A stretch of 63,922 nucleotides of DNA, counting the filler, from an uncultured Rhodopirellula sp. (lineage in GTDB: Bacteria; Planctomycetota; Planctomycetia; Pirellulales; Pirellulaceae), in NCBI GenBank assembly GCA_964007735.1. It is 4 parts of 4 records of this genome, joined end to end, with 100 filler letters (N's around TTAATTAATTAA, not from the genome) between each part and the next. Parts side by side here need not be neighbours in the genome. Positions count along the whole stretch, not along the records: positions 1 to 21,443 come from CAXGAI010000064.1; 3 more parts are not named here. One strand, given 5' to 3'. How positions within the stretch are numbered: position 1 is the first letter of the stretch; every line of letters begins with the position of its first letter. The translations under genes and the position numbers were made by a program. Shown here in pieces: positions 10,356-20,375 of this stretch. The notes under the pieces are model-generated. The model searched no databases. It was given only the letters and a program-made list of their open reading frames with translations, and was not told the DNA's origin.

Positions 10356-11864
10356 ATGAGTCCACGAGATATACCTGCCGTCGGAATCGACTTAGGAACA
10401 ACCTATTCAGCTATTGCGTTCCTTGACAACGAGGGGCGTCCAAAAACGCTGCTTAATTCTGAAGGTGAACCAACAACTCCTAGCGTCTTGCTGTTTAATG
10501 GCCCGGATGTCATTGTCGGTAAACAGGCCGAACTTGCGAAAAGCACTCAATTTGAAGCCATTGCAGAATACACCAAACGAGATTTGGGCAAGCGATCCTA
10601 CCATAAACAAATAGCTGGATTTGAATATCCACCCGAGGCATTACTTGGGTTTATTCTTAATAAATTGCGACAAGACGCAAGCCAACATATTGGTGACTTC
10701 CACCAAGCTGTCATCACTGTTCCTGCCTATTTTGATGAAATCCGCCGTAAAGCGATACAAGATGCGGGATATCTGTCGGGTATCGAGGTGCTGGACATCA
10801 TTAATGAGCCCACGGCTGCTGCTATTGCATACGGCTACCAACACGATCACGCTGCTTCCGATGGGCAAACGATTTTGGTATATGACCTGGGCGGGGGGAC
10901 ATTTGACGTCACGATCGTAAAAATTGAATCGAAAGAATATCGAGCTTTGGCAACGGATGGCGATGTCAAACTCGGCGGTATCGATTGGGATGAGCGGCTA
11001 GTTAACTATCTGGCCGAAGAATTTATCTCCAACTACAGTCTTGACCCGCGGGATGACAAAAATTCTCTCGGCGAATTGTGGCAACATGCACGACAGACAA
11101 AACACGCTCTCTCCAACGCAGAAGAATGGAACGTTGAAGTAACTTTTCAAATGCAGACGTTGTCGGTAACAATCACGAGAGACCATTTCGAATCACTGAC
11201 TGCCGATCTATTAGAACGGACTCGCTTCACGGCCAGCCAGACGGTCAAAGCAGCGAACTTAACTTGGAGCGATATTGATCATGTACTCTTAGTGGGAGGC
11301 TCGACTCGGATGCCAGCAGTCGGCATCATGCTTCGCGAAGAAAGTGGAGCTGAGCCTGACTGCAGTGTATCACCCGATGAATCGGTTGCTCACGGAGCCG
11401 CATTACACGCGGGCCGATTATTGGATCAAGAAGAGGGAAGGACATCCGCTTTTTCGGTACAAAACGTCAACTCGCATACGCTTGGTGTGATTGGAGTGGA
11501 CCCCGAGACTAAGAGACCACGAACTGCCAGAATCGTTCCACGAAATACTGCTTTGCCAATTACTGCCAAACGTGAATTCAGAATTCGACCAGATCAGCAA
11601 ACCATCAAAATCGACATTGTTGAAGGTGAAAGTCGCTCACCGGACGCGTGCCAACTTATTGGTTCCTGCATGATCCGTGGCATCCCGACCAATCTACCGG
11701 AAAACTCTGCTGTTGAAGTTTTCTTTAAATATCGTGAAGATGGTCGGCTTAAAGTCAAAGTTCGTGTTAAAGGTACGGACATTGTGTTGGACAATGACTT
11801 TCTCCGCGAGAATACAATGTCGCAAGAACAACTCGACGTTTGGCGAAACTATATTACCGGTTAA
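10356..11864 (+). CDS. Hsp70-family protein lacking the helical lid (not housekeeping DnaK)
   Basis: [45 protein letters not shown]. Only 502 aa. Confidence 0.9.
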   Translation: MSPRDIPAVGIDLGTTYSAIAFLDNEGRPKTLLNSEGEPTTPSVLLFNGPDVIVGKQAELAKSTQFEAIAEYTKRDLGKRSYHKQIAGFEYPPEALLGFILNKLRQDASQHIGDFHQAVITVPAYFDEIRRKAIQDAGYLSGIEVLDIINEPTAAAIAYGYQHDHAASDGQTILVYDLGGGTFDVTIVKIESKEYRALATDGDVKLGGIDWDERLVNYLAEEFISNYSLDPRDDKNSLGELWQHARQTKHALSNAEEWNVEVTFQMQTLSVTITRDHFESLTADLLERTRFTASQTVKAANLTWSDIDHVLLVGGSTRMPAVGIMLREESGAEPDCSVSPDESVAHGAALHAGRLLDQEEGRTSAFSVQNVNSHTLGVIGVDPETKRPRTARIVPRNTALPITAKREFRIRPDQQTIKIDIVEGESRSPDACQLIGSCMIRGIPTNLPENSAVEVFFKYREDGRLKVKVRVKGTDIVLDNDFLRENTMSQEQLDVWRNYITG

Positions 11865-11881
11865 ACTAAGCACCATATTCC

Positions 11882-13126
11882 ATGCCTCAAGATCCCACCT
11901 ATCGCCCAACCGACGTCCGCATGAAAGGCTTTGCGCGCCGATGGACTGTTCAGGACTGCCTGGCTTGGATCGATCAGCAAACACCTGCCTATACGACGGA
12001 AACGGTTGCTTTGGCTGATGCGATTGGCCGTGTATTAGCAGCTGACATCATCAGTACTATCAGCGTGCCACACTTTGCGAGAGCGATGATGGATGGGTTT
12101 GCCGTTTTTGCCAGTGATACCGGCGGGGCAACGACCTATAACTCGCAATCAATTAAAGTGATCGGGCAATCGTTACCTGGTAATCCGTTCGATGGAGAAG
12201 TCTCTCCCGGACATTGCATTAGAATCATGACCGGAGCACCCATGCCTGGCGGCGCAGACGCTGTACTACCCGTGGAGCACACGGTGATTAATGATGACAC
12301 CATTGTCATTCAGGGGGAAGTTGCTCCCGGTAAACATGTCGGTATTCCAGGCGAAGATATACGGTCCGGAACTACTGTGCTAGAACAGGGTCGGCAACTT
12401 CGCCCACAGGACCTGGGTGTTTTAAGTTCTATCGGCGTGAGTGCAATAAATGTTGTCAAACGCCCACGGATAAGGCTCATTATTACCGGGAACGAATTAC
12501 TCCCGCCGGGGTCAACGCCTAACGACTTCAACATCACCGATGCAAACAGTCCCATGCTATCCGCGTTAGTCACACGTGATGGTGGCGAAGTGATACATCC
12601 TGGCATTATCCCCGACAACCCTAACAGTATTCTGGATGCTTATAAGACAGAGGCAGAAGTCATTCTGGTTTCTGGTGGTTCAAGTGTAGGGCAGGAAGAT
12701 CATGCCCCGCGTTTACTTGCGGAACATGGCTCGCTGGATATCCATGGGGTCGCTATGCGTCCTAGCAGTCCCAGCGGAATGGGAACCTTTGACAATAAAC
12801 TGGTTTTTCTTTTACCGGGCAATCCGGTCTCCTGCCTCTGTGCCTACGACTTCTTTGCTGCGCGCGCCGTACGAATACTAGGTGGACGGCCTGCTCAATG
12901 GCCACATAGAGTCCTCACTCTACCGCTAGCTAGGAAACTTGTATCAACGGTCGGCCGAACAGACTATGCTCGTGTCAGCATCCAAGATGGCCTGGTTGAA
13001 CCTATCGCCATTAGTGGTGCCAGTGTTTTGAGTAGCACAACCCGAGCAGACGGCTTTGTCATCATTACTGAAGACCTCGAAGGATTCGCCCGTGGCGCCG
13101 AAGTAACGGTATACTTGTACGAATAA
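11882..13126 (+). CDS. moeA: molybdopterin molybdotransferase (gephyrin-like MoeA)
   Basis: AMMDGFAV, IMTGAPMP, TGNEL, SGGSSVG, LPGNPVS. Confidence 0.93.
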   Translation: MPQDPTYRPTDVRMKGFARRWTVQDCLAWIDQQTPAYTTETVALADAIGRVLAADIISTISVPHFARAMMDGFAVFASDTGGATTYNSQSIKVIGQSLPGNPFDGEVSPGHCIRIMTGAPMPGGADAVLPVEHTVINDDTIVIQGEVAPGKHVGIPGEDIRSGTTVLEQGRQLRPQDLGVLSSIGVSAINVVKRPRIRLIITGNELLPPGSTPNDFNITDANSPMLSALVTRDGGEVIHPGIIPDNPNSILDAYKTEAEVILVSGGSSVGQEDHAPRLLAEHGSLDIHGVAMRPSSPSGMGTFDNKLVFLLPGNPVSCLCAYDFFAARAVRILGGRPAQWPHRVLTLPLARKLVSTVGRTDYARVSIQDGLVEPIAISGASVLSSTTRADGFVIITEDLEGFARGAEVTVYLYE

Positions 13127-13128
13127 TT

Positions 13129-15051
13129 ATGGCCGAGCAACAACAATTTCTGGAAGTCATTAACCGCGATGAAGCTGAAGAACGATTTCATCGTGCGCTT
13201 GATCTGCAACCACTTGGCGTTGAGCTGATTTCGTTGCATCAGGCGTTAGGCCGTATTCTTGCACAAGACGTTCACTCGGCACATAACATTCCCTCGTTCG
13301 ACCGTTCAAACTATGACGGCTATGCTGTTAAAGCGACCAACACACACGGAGCCACCGAGGAAACACCTTGCTCGCTGCTGCTGCTCGACGAAACAATCGC
13401 GACCGCTGTTGTACCTCAAACTGAAGTAACTCCTGGTTGTGCAATGAGTGTTGCCACAGGCGGTATGCTCCCTCGGGGAGCAGACGCCATTGTAATGATC
13501 GAACACACCGACGTTGTCGATGGAAATCTGATCGTTCGTAAGACGGTCAATGCGGGATTCGGAATTTCATTTGCCGGGTCCGATATTACAGCCGGCGAGA
13601 TCGTCTTACGACAAGGTGATCTTTTAACGAGCCGTGAAACGGGCGTATTGGCCGCGATTGGTGAATCGCAGGTTCTTGTTTACCAGAAACCGAAAGTCGG
13701 TATTATCTCTACCGGTGATGAAATTATCCCACCCGGAGAATGCATGCAGCCAGCAATGGTGTTCGATTCTAACGCCAGAATTCTGGCAGATGCTGTCACC
13801 GAACTTGGTGGCTCCCCTGTCATCCTAGGAATTGTTCAGGATGATGAGCAGCAATTAGAGAACTTGTTGATCCAGGCTATCGCGGATTGTGATGTTATTC
13901 TCCTTTCCGGTGGAACTAGTAAAGGCGAGGGAGATATCTCCTACAAAGTCGTCGAAAAGCTCAAAGACCCAGGTATCGTCGCTCATGGCGTGGCACTCAA
14001 GCCAGGCAAGCCGATTTGTCTGGCGGTGACGCAACAAAAGCCGGTCGTCATTCTTCCTGGTTTTCCAACATCGGCTATTTTTACGTTCCATGAATTCATT
14101 GCACCAGTCATTCGCCAATTAGCTGGAAATACCCCTGTCGACGAAACACAGCTCGCCGCAAAAATGGCGGTTCGAGTGCGTTCAGAGATCGGACGCACGG
14201 AATACTTACTGGTGGGGTTAGTTGAACTTCCGGACGATAATTCGTTAGTCGCATATCCTATGGGCAAAGGAAGTGGTAGTGTAACTACGTTCAGCCATGC
14301 AGACGGTTTCATTACCATTGACCGGCACCATGAAATACTGGATGAAGAATCGCCTGTTAGCGTGACGCTTTTAGGAAAAGAACTGGTCATCGCCGACTTG
14401 GTGGTCATTGGAAGCCACTGTGTTGGGCTAGATCTGATCCTCTCGACTCTACAACAGGATGGCACGCACAGCAAACTAATGACCGTTGGTTCCACCGGCG
14501 GGGTAGAGGCTGCACGGCGAGGAGAATGTGATATTGCCGGGGTGCATTTGTTGAATGGTGCTGGTACCTCCTACAACGAGCATTTGCTTGATGACTCGCT
14601 GGAACTGGTTAAAGGCTACAAGCGAACCCAAGGTATTATTTTCCGGCAGGGGGATTCCCGCTTTAAGGGGAAAACCGTCGAGGAGATTGTTCGGTTAGTT
14701 GCGACGGACCCATCTATACATATGGTCAATCGAAATCGAGGTAGCGGAACCAGAATACTGATCGATCAGTTATTGTGCCAGCTGGAGGTGAAACCAACCG
14801 GATACTCGATGCAATCCAGGAGTCACCATGCGGTAGCCGCAAGTATTGAACACGGGTCCGCAGACTGGGGAGTGGCAATTAAGGGCGTCCTCAATCCAGC
14901 TCTGGATTTTATTCCCATTGCTGACGAAGAATTTGACTTTATCATCCCGACTAAACGGCGTGGGAAAACAGCTGTCACTCAGTTTCTCAATACCTTAAGT
15001 AACGCGGATATCCGCGCCAAACTGACTGAGCTTGGCTTCGAACTGCATTAA
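13129..15051 (+). CDS. moeA: MoeA fused to C-terminal periplasmic-binding-protein (LysR-substrate-like) domain
   Basis: SNYDGYAV, STGDE, SGGTSKG, KPGKP, PGFPTS, then GSHC..GSTGG..AGVHLL..VNRNRGSGTR..ADWG PBP domain. Confidence 0.92.
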   Translation: MAEQQQFLEVINRDEAEERFHRALDLQPLGVELISLHQALGRILAQDVHSAHNIPSFDRSNYDGYAVKATNTHGATEETPCSLLLLDETIATAVVPQTEVTPGCAMSVATGGMLPRGADAIVMIEHTDVVDGNLIVRKTVNAGFGISFAGSDITAGEIVLRQGDLLTSRETGVLAAIGESQVLVYQKPKVGIISTGDEIIPPGECMQPAMVFDSNARILADAVTELGGSPVILGIVQDDEQQLENLLIQAIADCDVILLSGGTSKGEGDISYKVVEKLKDPGIVAHGVALKPGKPICLAVTQQKPVVILPGFPTSAIFTFHEFIAPVIRQLAGNTPVDETQLAAKMAVRVRSEIGRTEYLLVGLVELPDDNSLVAYPMGKGSGSVTTFSHADGFITIDRHHEILDEESPVSVTLLGKELVIADLVVIGSHCVGLDLILSTLQQDGTHSKLMTVGSTGGVEAARRGECDIAGVHLLNGAGTSYNEHLLDDSLELVKGYKRTQGIIFRQGDSRFKGKTVEEIVRLVATDPSIHMVNRNRGSGTRILIDQLLCQLEVKPTGYSMQSRSHHAVAASIEHGSADWGVAIKGVLNPALDFIPIADEEFDFIIPTKRRGKTAVTQFLNTLSNADIRAKLTELGFELH

Positions 15052-15067
15052 CAAAAATGCAGAGGCT

Positions 15068-15883
15068 TTATGCCCGAAGAAGAATTTCTCCGCGACCACC
15101 ATCGATCATATCACCGTGATAAAGATTGTAAGAAGCATTGAGGGTTTCTTCCGGGACAACAAAGCCGTTCTTTACGAGTTTTCGCAACACCACTCTCATG
15201 AATTCAGGTTGATACTTGACCGCTTGGCGGAAACTGGGAAGCAGCTGGGGCTGGTCGTCGCCCATAAAAACAATGGTTCCGCGACGCATGCCTGCACCGT
15301 GACGAATACCTGAACTGCCAAAAACCATGATCGTGCCAGCAAGCATATTAAATCCGATCAGATCTCCTGCATTACCGCCAATCACGATCAAACCGCGACG
15401 CATCGTCAAGCCTATTTCGTTACCTGCGTCCCCATCAACAATGATCGTTCCACGATTCATCCCTCGTTCACTACCGCGATAGGCTGCTCCTACCTGATGA
15501 CCCGCATTTCCATGAACATGGATCAGCCCGCCTTTCATCTCAGCACCAATCCAGTCACCCGCATCGCCATTGACCGTGATTGATCCACCTCGCATTTCAC
15601 TCCCCAGATGGCGACCACAATTTCCATTAATGGTAATCGAGCCGCACTGCATCTTCGTCCCGATCCAATGAACTCCGGTTAATTGACCGGACAGATGCAT
15701 TTCCAGATCAGAGGCATCTCCAGTGATTTTGAAGAAATCCGCAAGTACGCATTTGTCTTTTCCATGGAAGACCCGAAGTTGTTCGATTTCTGCAAGTGAC
15801 AATGGCTGTAGTATATCCGGGGTAATCCCCTCGATCTCGACAGGAATATTCGTATTACCGTGATAGGTTAGTTCTAAGGCCAT
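15068..15883 (-). CDS. fwdC: formylmethanofuran dehydrogenase / Fhc subunit C
   Basis: Repeated GxxMxGGxIxVxGxAG beta-helix, GAAYRG..GM, GMRRGTI. Confidence 0.93.
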   Translation of the reverse strand: MALELTYHGNTNIPVEIEGITPDILQPLSLAEIEQLRVFHGKDKCVLADFFKITGDASDLEMHLSGQLTGVHWIGTKMQCGSITINGNCGRHLGSEMRGGSITVNGDAGDWIGAEMKGGLIHVHGNAGHQVGAAYRGSERGMNRGTIIVDGDAGNEIGLTMRRGLIVIGGNAGDLIGFNMLAGTIMVFGSSGIRHGAGMRRGTIVFMGDDQPQLLPSFRQAVKYQPEFMRVVLRKLVKNGFVVPEETLNASYNLYHGDMIDGGRGEILLRA

Positions 15884-15958
15884 GAATCATTCTTATCTAT
15901 AAAAGCTACGCTTGGGGAGTTATAAACTCTATATATTGAAATTATTAAAAGGAGCATC

Positions 15959-16645
15959 ATGAGCGAATCAAACGAATTACTTGCCGGAATTGTTCTTTGT
16001 GGAGGAAATAGCCGCCGTATGGGTTATAGCAAAGCCCTGCTGCCGTTTGGCAACGAAACAATGCTTCAACGTGTGATTCGAATCATGTCTCAGGTAACAT
16101 CGCCTGTGATTGCCGTCAAAGCGGAATCCCAGCACTTGCCCGAGTTACCGGATCATCTCCTGATCACTCAGGATCGAAAGCCCGAACAAGGCCCTTTGGA
16201 AGGCATTCGTATGGGCCTACGAGCTTTGGAGCAACACGATGGCAATACTCTCAAAAACGCTGCTGCGTACGTCACCAGCTGTGATGTCCCTTTGCTTCAG
16301 CCTGAATTTATACAGGCTGTCGCGAGCCAACTTGGCAATGCCGAGGCAGCTGTTGTAGTGGAAGACGGATTTCGTCATCCACTGGCGGCCGTTTACCGAA
16401 CTTCCGTAATCCCTGTTATTGACCGATTACTAGATGCCGGCCGACAACGACCTCTGTTTCTGTTTGAACAAGTGGATACTGTTCTTATTCCAACTCAGGA
16501 TCTGCTCTCTGCTGACCCTAAACTTTCCAGTCTGCTTAATCTGAATCAACCTGAAGATTATCTGGATGCGTTAAAGCAGGCCAAACTCAAGCCAGACCCT
16601 AAAATCCTGACTCAATTTGATTTGCTTGACGATTCATCATTCTGA
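15959..16645 (+). CDS. mobA: molybdenum cofactor guanylyltransferase
   Basis: LCGGNSRRMGYSKALL, GPLEG, SCDVP, HPLAAVY, NLNQPEDY. Confidence 0.93.
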   Translation: MSESNELLAGIVLCGGNSRRMGYSKALLPFGNETMLQRVIRIMSQVTSPVIAVKAESQHLPELPDHLLITQDRKPEQGPLEGIRMGLRALEQHDGNTLKNAAAYVTSCDVPLLQPEFIQAVASQLGNAEAAVVVEDGFRHPLAAVYRTSVIPVIDRLLDAGRQRPLFLFEQVDTVLIPTQDLLSADPKLSSLLNLNQPEDYLDALKQAKLKPDPKILTQFDLLDDSSF

Positions 16646-18300
16646 ACACAATCCACGACTTCCGGTTTATGTAAATATCCATCCTGAATAGGATAGTTTC
16701 GAAATTTTATGGAATAGTATTTTTCAAACCAGTCTGATATATCTTTTTCAATCTCCAAATCATAATCCGGATCCACATGGAACGTCTTACCCTGTAAAGG
16801 TTCTCGGATTTCGCTATCTTCAACTACGAGTACACCTGACTTAAAAACATACCTTGGTAATTCGAACATGATTTGTTTGTTTTCATGCGGCAAATAAACC
16901 GTTATGTCAGCATCTGCTCCTGGCCCCAGATGACCTTTATTCTTTAAGCCGAGAATCTTGGCTGGACCTGCTCTGGTAATAATACAAATCTCGTTGAGAG
17001 TATATTCCCGTTTAAGGTCAGCAAGGATACAGCGATTGACCACCTCCGGGTGAACGGTTTTTAATATCTCGTTACGATAGGAACTGTCCATTAATAAACG
17101 AATGATCTGAGGATAGGCGAGAAAAGATGCGCCATTCGGAGAATCGGTACTCATGACAACACGCCATGGATCATGTACTAGTAAATACCATTCCAAGCCA
17201 ATCGCCCATTGCAGGGCATGAACCAGGCTTTCATTGCGATATTTAATGGGAGCAATACCACATCCGGATTCCATTTCCGTATCTGCACTGAACCATTTTG
17301 TTCCATATACATTATGGAGATAATAGCCTAAAGGGCCGTCTCCGGTCATGCTTGTTGTTTCTCCAAACATGATGTTACCAACGTCAACGGTAACATTGTC
17401 ATGCGTATTTACATAATCAGCAAGTTCCTGAGCACGACTGCAGAACGTCTCCTCTACCCCCTCGCCTCCACCATAACTATGGAATTGGATATGAGTAATA
17501 TGGCCTTGATGGCCGTCTAAAGCATCCATGGTATTTAAAGTGGTCGAGTAATTGCCCGGCATTCCCAAATTGTTGCAATGGATGTGGACAGGATGAGGCA
17601 AACCGATCTCATTAGCGGTTCTCGTTAATCCTGAGATAATCTGACGAGGTGTCACATCATAATGATCCACGGTCTGATCAATCGTGTCTACATTTCCTCG
17701 AGGGTGATGCTTCCACACCTCGACACCACCGGGATTCACAAGTTTTGGAGCATAGCCTTTGGCAGCTCCCAGCAGCCATGGCAAGAAACCTTTCAGTTTT
17801 TCAGGCTCCTCATCAGCAATCGTCTTCATTACAAAGTGATTATTACCAGTAAGAACAAAAAAACCTTTATCTATACAAGGGGTGTCTTCAAGTTCTTCAT
17901 GGGCGTGTCGAGCCGATAGCGGAGGAACGGCAGCATCAAAGGCCGTGGTATAACCAAGCCCTATATACTTATATCCAATAGCAAAGGTGCTTGGCACACT
18001 GCCCATCGTTCCACTATGTGTCTTTAGGGTACGTTCAACAATAGTATCTCGACGTTTATCTTCCGGACGCATTTTCCGGGCCATATTGACTTTAGGGCCT
18101 GCAATATGGCAGTGCATATCCACCCCGCCAGGCATCACGACATAACCAGCCATATCAATCACCCGCCCGGCGCGAACTCCCGGACCCGGTGGTTCCACAA
18201 TCTTGTCATCCAGGATCCATATATCCTGCACTTGACCATCCACTCCATTTAATGGATCGTAAACATATCCACCAGCAAGCTTTAAGTACGATGTTGTCAT
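16612..18300 (-). CDS. fwdA: formylmethanofuran dehydrogenase / Fhc subunit A (amidohydrolase)
   Basis: MPGGVDMHCHIAG, GYTTAFDAA, KLVNPGG, HIHCNNLG, HITHIQFHSYG, QWAIGLE, STDSPNG. Confidence 0.95.
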   Translation of the reverse strand: MTTSYLKLAGGYVYDPLNGVDGQVQDIWILDDKIVEPPGPGVRAGRVIDMAGYVVMPGGVDMHCHIAGPKVNMARKMRPEDKRRDTIVERTLKTHSGTMGSVPSTFAIGYKYIGLGYTTAFDAAVPPLSARHAHEELEDTPCIDKGFFVLTGNNHFVMKTIADEEPEKLKGFLPWLLGAAKGYAPKLVNPGGVEVWKHHPRGNVDTIDQTVDHYDVTPRQIISGLTRTANEIGLPHPVHIHCNNLGMPGNYSTTLNTMDALDGHQGHITHIQFHSYGGGEGVEETFCSRAQELADYVNTHDNVTVDVGNIMFGETTSMTGDGPLGYYLHNVYGTKWFSADTEMESGCGIAPIKYRNESLVHALQWAIGLEWYLLVHDPWRVVMSTDSPNGASFLAYPQIIRLLMDSSYRNEILKTVHPEVVNRCILADLKREYTLNEICIITRAGPAKILGLKNKGHLGPGADADITVYLPHENKQIMFELPRYVFKSGVLVVEDSEIREPLQGKTFHVDPDYDLEIEKDISDWFEKYYSIKFRNYPIQDGYLHKPEVVDCVQNDESSSKSN

Positions 18301-18349
18301 GTGGTTTATACCAATAACCTAATAATTGTTTTCAGCAGAAAAGAGACTG

Positions 18350-18859
18350 ATGTCCGATTCCGCTAATCTTCAAATGGCCATAGATCAAATCACAGCCGCT
18401 CGTCATTACACCAAATCTCTATTGGAAGATATCGACCAAAATGACTGGTTTCGACAACCTGTTGCCGGGATTAATCATGTTGCCTGGCAGATTGGGCACC
18501 TGGCAATGGCTCAATATGGCCTGGTACTTTTCCGCCAACGCGGTCGGAAATTAGAAGACTCGGAATTAATGTCTTCGGCTTTCCGGAAAAAGTTTTCTCG
18601 TGGTACCACTCCTAATCAAGATCCTGATTTTTATCCAAGGATCACAGAGATTCAAGATGTGTTTGAACGAGTTTATCTTCAGTCGATGGAAGAGCTCACA
18701 ACGTATCCTCTAGAACAATTAAATGACCCTGTCGAAGATCCGTATGCCGCCTATCCCACCAAATTGGGGTGCCTCATCTTCTGCGCTCATCACGAGATGT
18801 TACACGCAGGTCAAGTTGGCATGCTACGCCGATTACTCGGCAACGATCCTATCCGTTAA
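18350..18859 (+). CDS. DinB/YfiT-superfamily protein
   Basis: NHVAWQIGHLA and HHEMLHAGQ His metal motifs. ATG at 18350. Confidence 0.85.
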   Translation: MSDSANLQMAIDQITAARHYTKSLLEDIDQNDWFRQPVAGINHVAWQIGHLAMAQYGLVLFRQRGRKLEDSELMSSAFRKKFSRGTTPNQDPDFYPRITEIQDVFERVYLQSMEELTTYPLEQLNDPVEDPYAAYPTKLGCLIFCAHHEMLHAGQVGMLRRLLGNDPIR

Positions 18860-20239
18860 CTAACGCACAGGACGCAAGCTTGAGTCATCTTCACTGGCTG
18901 GAACTTCTAGGGCAATTAATTCCTGTACTCGTTTCTCGATCCCCTGAAGGATCTCCATATCGCTCGGGTGATGACAGTCAAAGGCGGGTCGTAACGGTAT
19001 CGGGACATCATCCATTCGATAAACGGTCCCCGGAATGTTAATCCCATAAGTTGCCACAGTGAAAGCGACTTCCGCCGCTCTGGTCGTCGGCGTTTCTTTT
19101 GGATCAAAGGCAATATAGGGAATCGACTTCAGATGCTGACGAGCCGGTTCACTAAAGTTAGCCATGGGGTCACTGGCAATAATAATAGCTGCATCAGCTT
19201 CCTGACGGGCTAATACATCGGAAGCCGTATATTCACCGGGATTAAAACGGGGGTAGCCTCGAGCCAGATTGACCCCAAATGGATACCCCGTCCGCCATGC
19301 CACGACATTGTCCGCTCCCGTTACGTTTCCGTGGCCTCGATTTGGCTTACAGACAAAACGTGTGTGTTGGTTCATATCACGAGTCAATGCAAGGAGAGCT
19401 TCCGTATTAGCATGCTTACCTCGAGTCATTGTTAGTCCCATGCCAAAGAAACAAACCCCAAAACGAGACGCTTTCATGCGATCCATGAGGTCTTGCCAAA
19501 CAGCAAGTTCAACACCCGTATCAGCCAGAACCTGTTCTGCCTCCAACTCAACTCCGGCACACAGTGCGCGCAGTGTCCACAAAGCTTCAAAATCCGAACG
19601 TGGTTTCAGCTGAATAAAAATATCAGCCGTATTAGCAGACTTTGTCTTGCGAACATCAATCACGACGCAAGTACGATCTTTCCGGCCATTAGGAACGAAC
19701 ATCCCCTTGGGCATCAGGCTATAGCGAGTGAAGTGACGCGGGTGACTCTCCGCAGGGTTAGACCCCCAAAAGATAATCAAATCTCCTCGATTTCGCACTT
19801 CACCAAGGGAGCAGGTAACTTCACCAACTCCCTGAAAGGCCATCCCCGACGGGCCGTGACAAACAGAAGTAGTGGTGTCAACGTTAGCACCTACCCAATC
19901 CGCTATACTCACGGCCACTCTTTGTGATTCTGTGGTAGTGTCACTCAGGCCATACATTAGCGGGTAGCGCGCTTTCGTAAGAATATGAGCCGCTCGCTCG
20001 ATCCCTTCTTCTACAGCAGCAGGCTTGCCCTTAATGAGACAGGATGGACGATCATCCACTGAATGATTAAGAAACCACGCCTTGCCCAGCACACATGCTC
20101 GTTTGGCCTTGGTGATTTCATGACCTTTGACGGTCAATTCAATGTCGTCGCATACACATCCACAAAATGTGCATGTGGCATCTTCGACTATTTTTAGTTC
20201 CGGTTCTTGTTGCGACGCATCAGGTGTAACAGTAGCCAT
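18860..20239 (-). CDS. fwdB: formylmethanofuran dehydrogenase subunit B (Mo/W-bisPGD, 4Fe-4S)
   Basis: CTFCGCVCDD..C cluster motif, SVCHGP, WGSNPAESHPRH, GMGLT, RGHGNVTG. GGAG RBS before ATG 20239. Confidence 0.94.
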   Translation of the reverse strand: MATVTPDASQQEPELKIVEDATCTFCGCVCDDIELTVKGHEITKAKRACVLGKAWFLNHSVDDRPSCLIKGKPAAVEEGIERAAHILTKARYPLMYGLSDTTTESQRVAVSIADWVGANVDTTTSVCHGPSGMAFQGVGEVTCSLGEVRNRGDLIIFWGSNPAESHPRHFTRYSLMPKGMFVPNGRKDRTCVVIDVRKTKSANTADIFIQLKPRSDFEALWTLRALCAGVELEAEQVLADTGVELAVWQDLMDRMKASRFGVCFFGMGLTMTRGKHANTEALLALTRDMNQHTRFVCKPNRGHGNVTGADNVVAWRTGYPFGVNLARGYPRFNPGEYTASDVLARQEADAAIIIASDPMANFSEPARQHLKSIPYIAFDPKETPTTRAAEVAFTVATYGINIPGTVYRMDDVPIPLRPAFDCHHPSDMEILQGIEKRVQELIALEVPASEDDSSLRPVR

Positions 20240-20375
20240 TTGGTTATGCTCCACTGTGCGTGCGATATCAATCTCGTTCAGACCTGACTGGTTAATACCA
20301 GTTCGCACGAATCAGCCTGACCGACGGGAGCTTCGCTCCAGTTAAATTCTCCTGTTAGTTGGTACTTCGACGAGC

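Noticed and set aside
10356..11864. Housekeeping dnaK
   Set aside because: Too short, no lid domain, and no grpE/dnaJ nearby.
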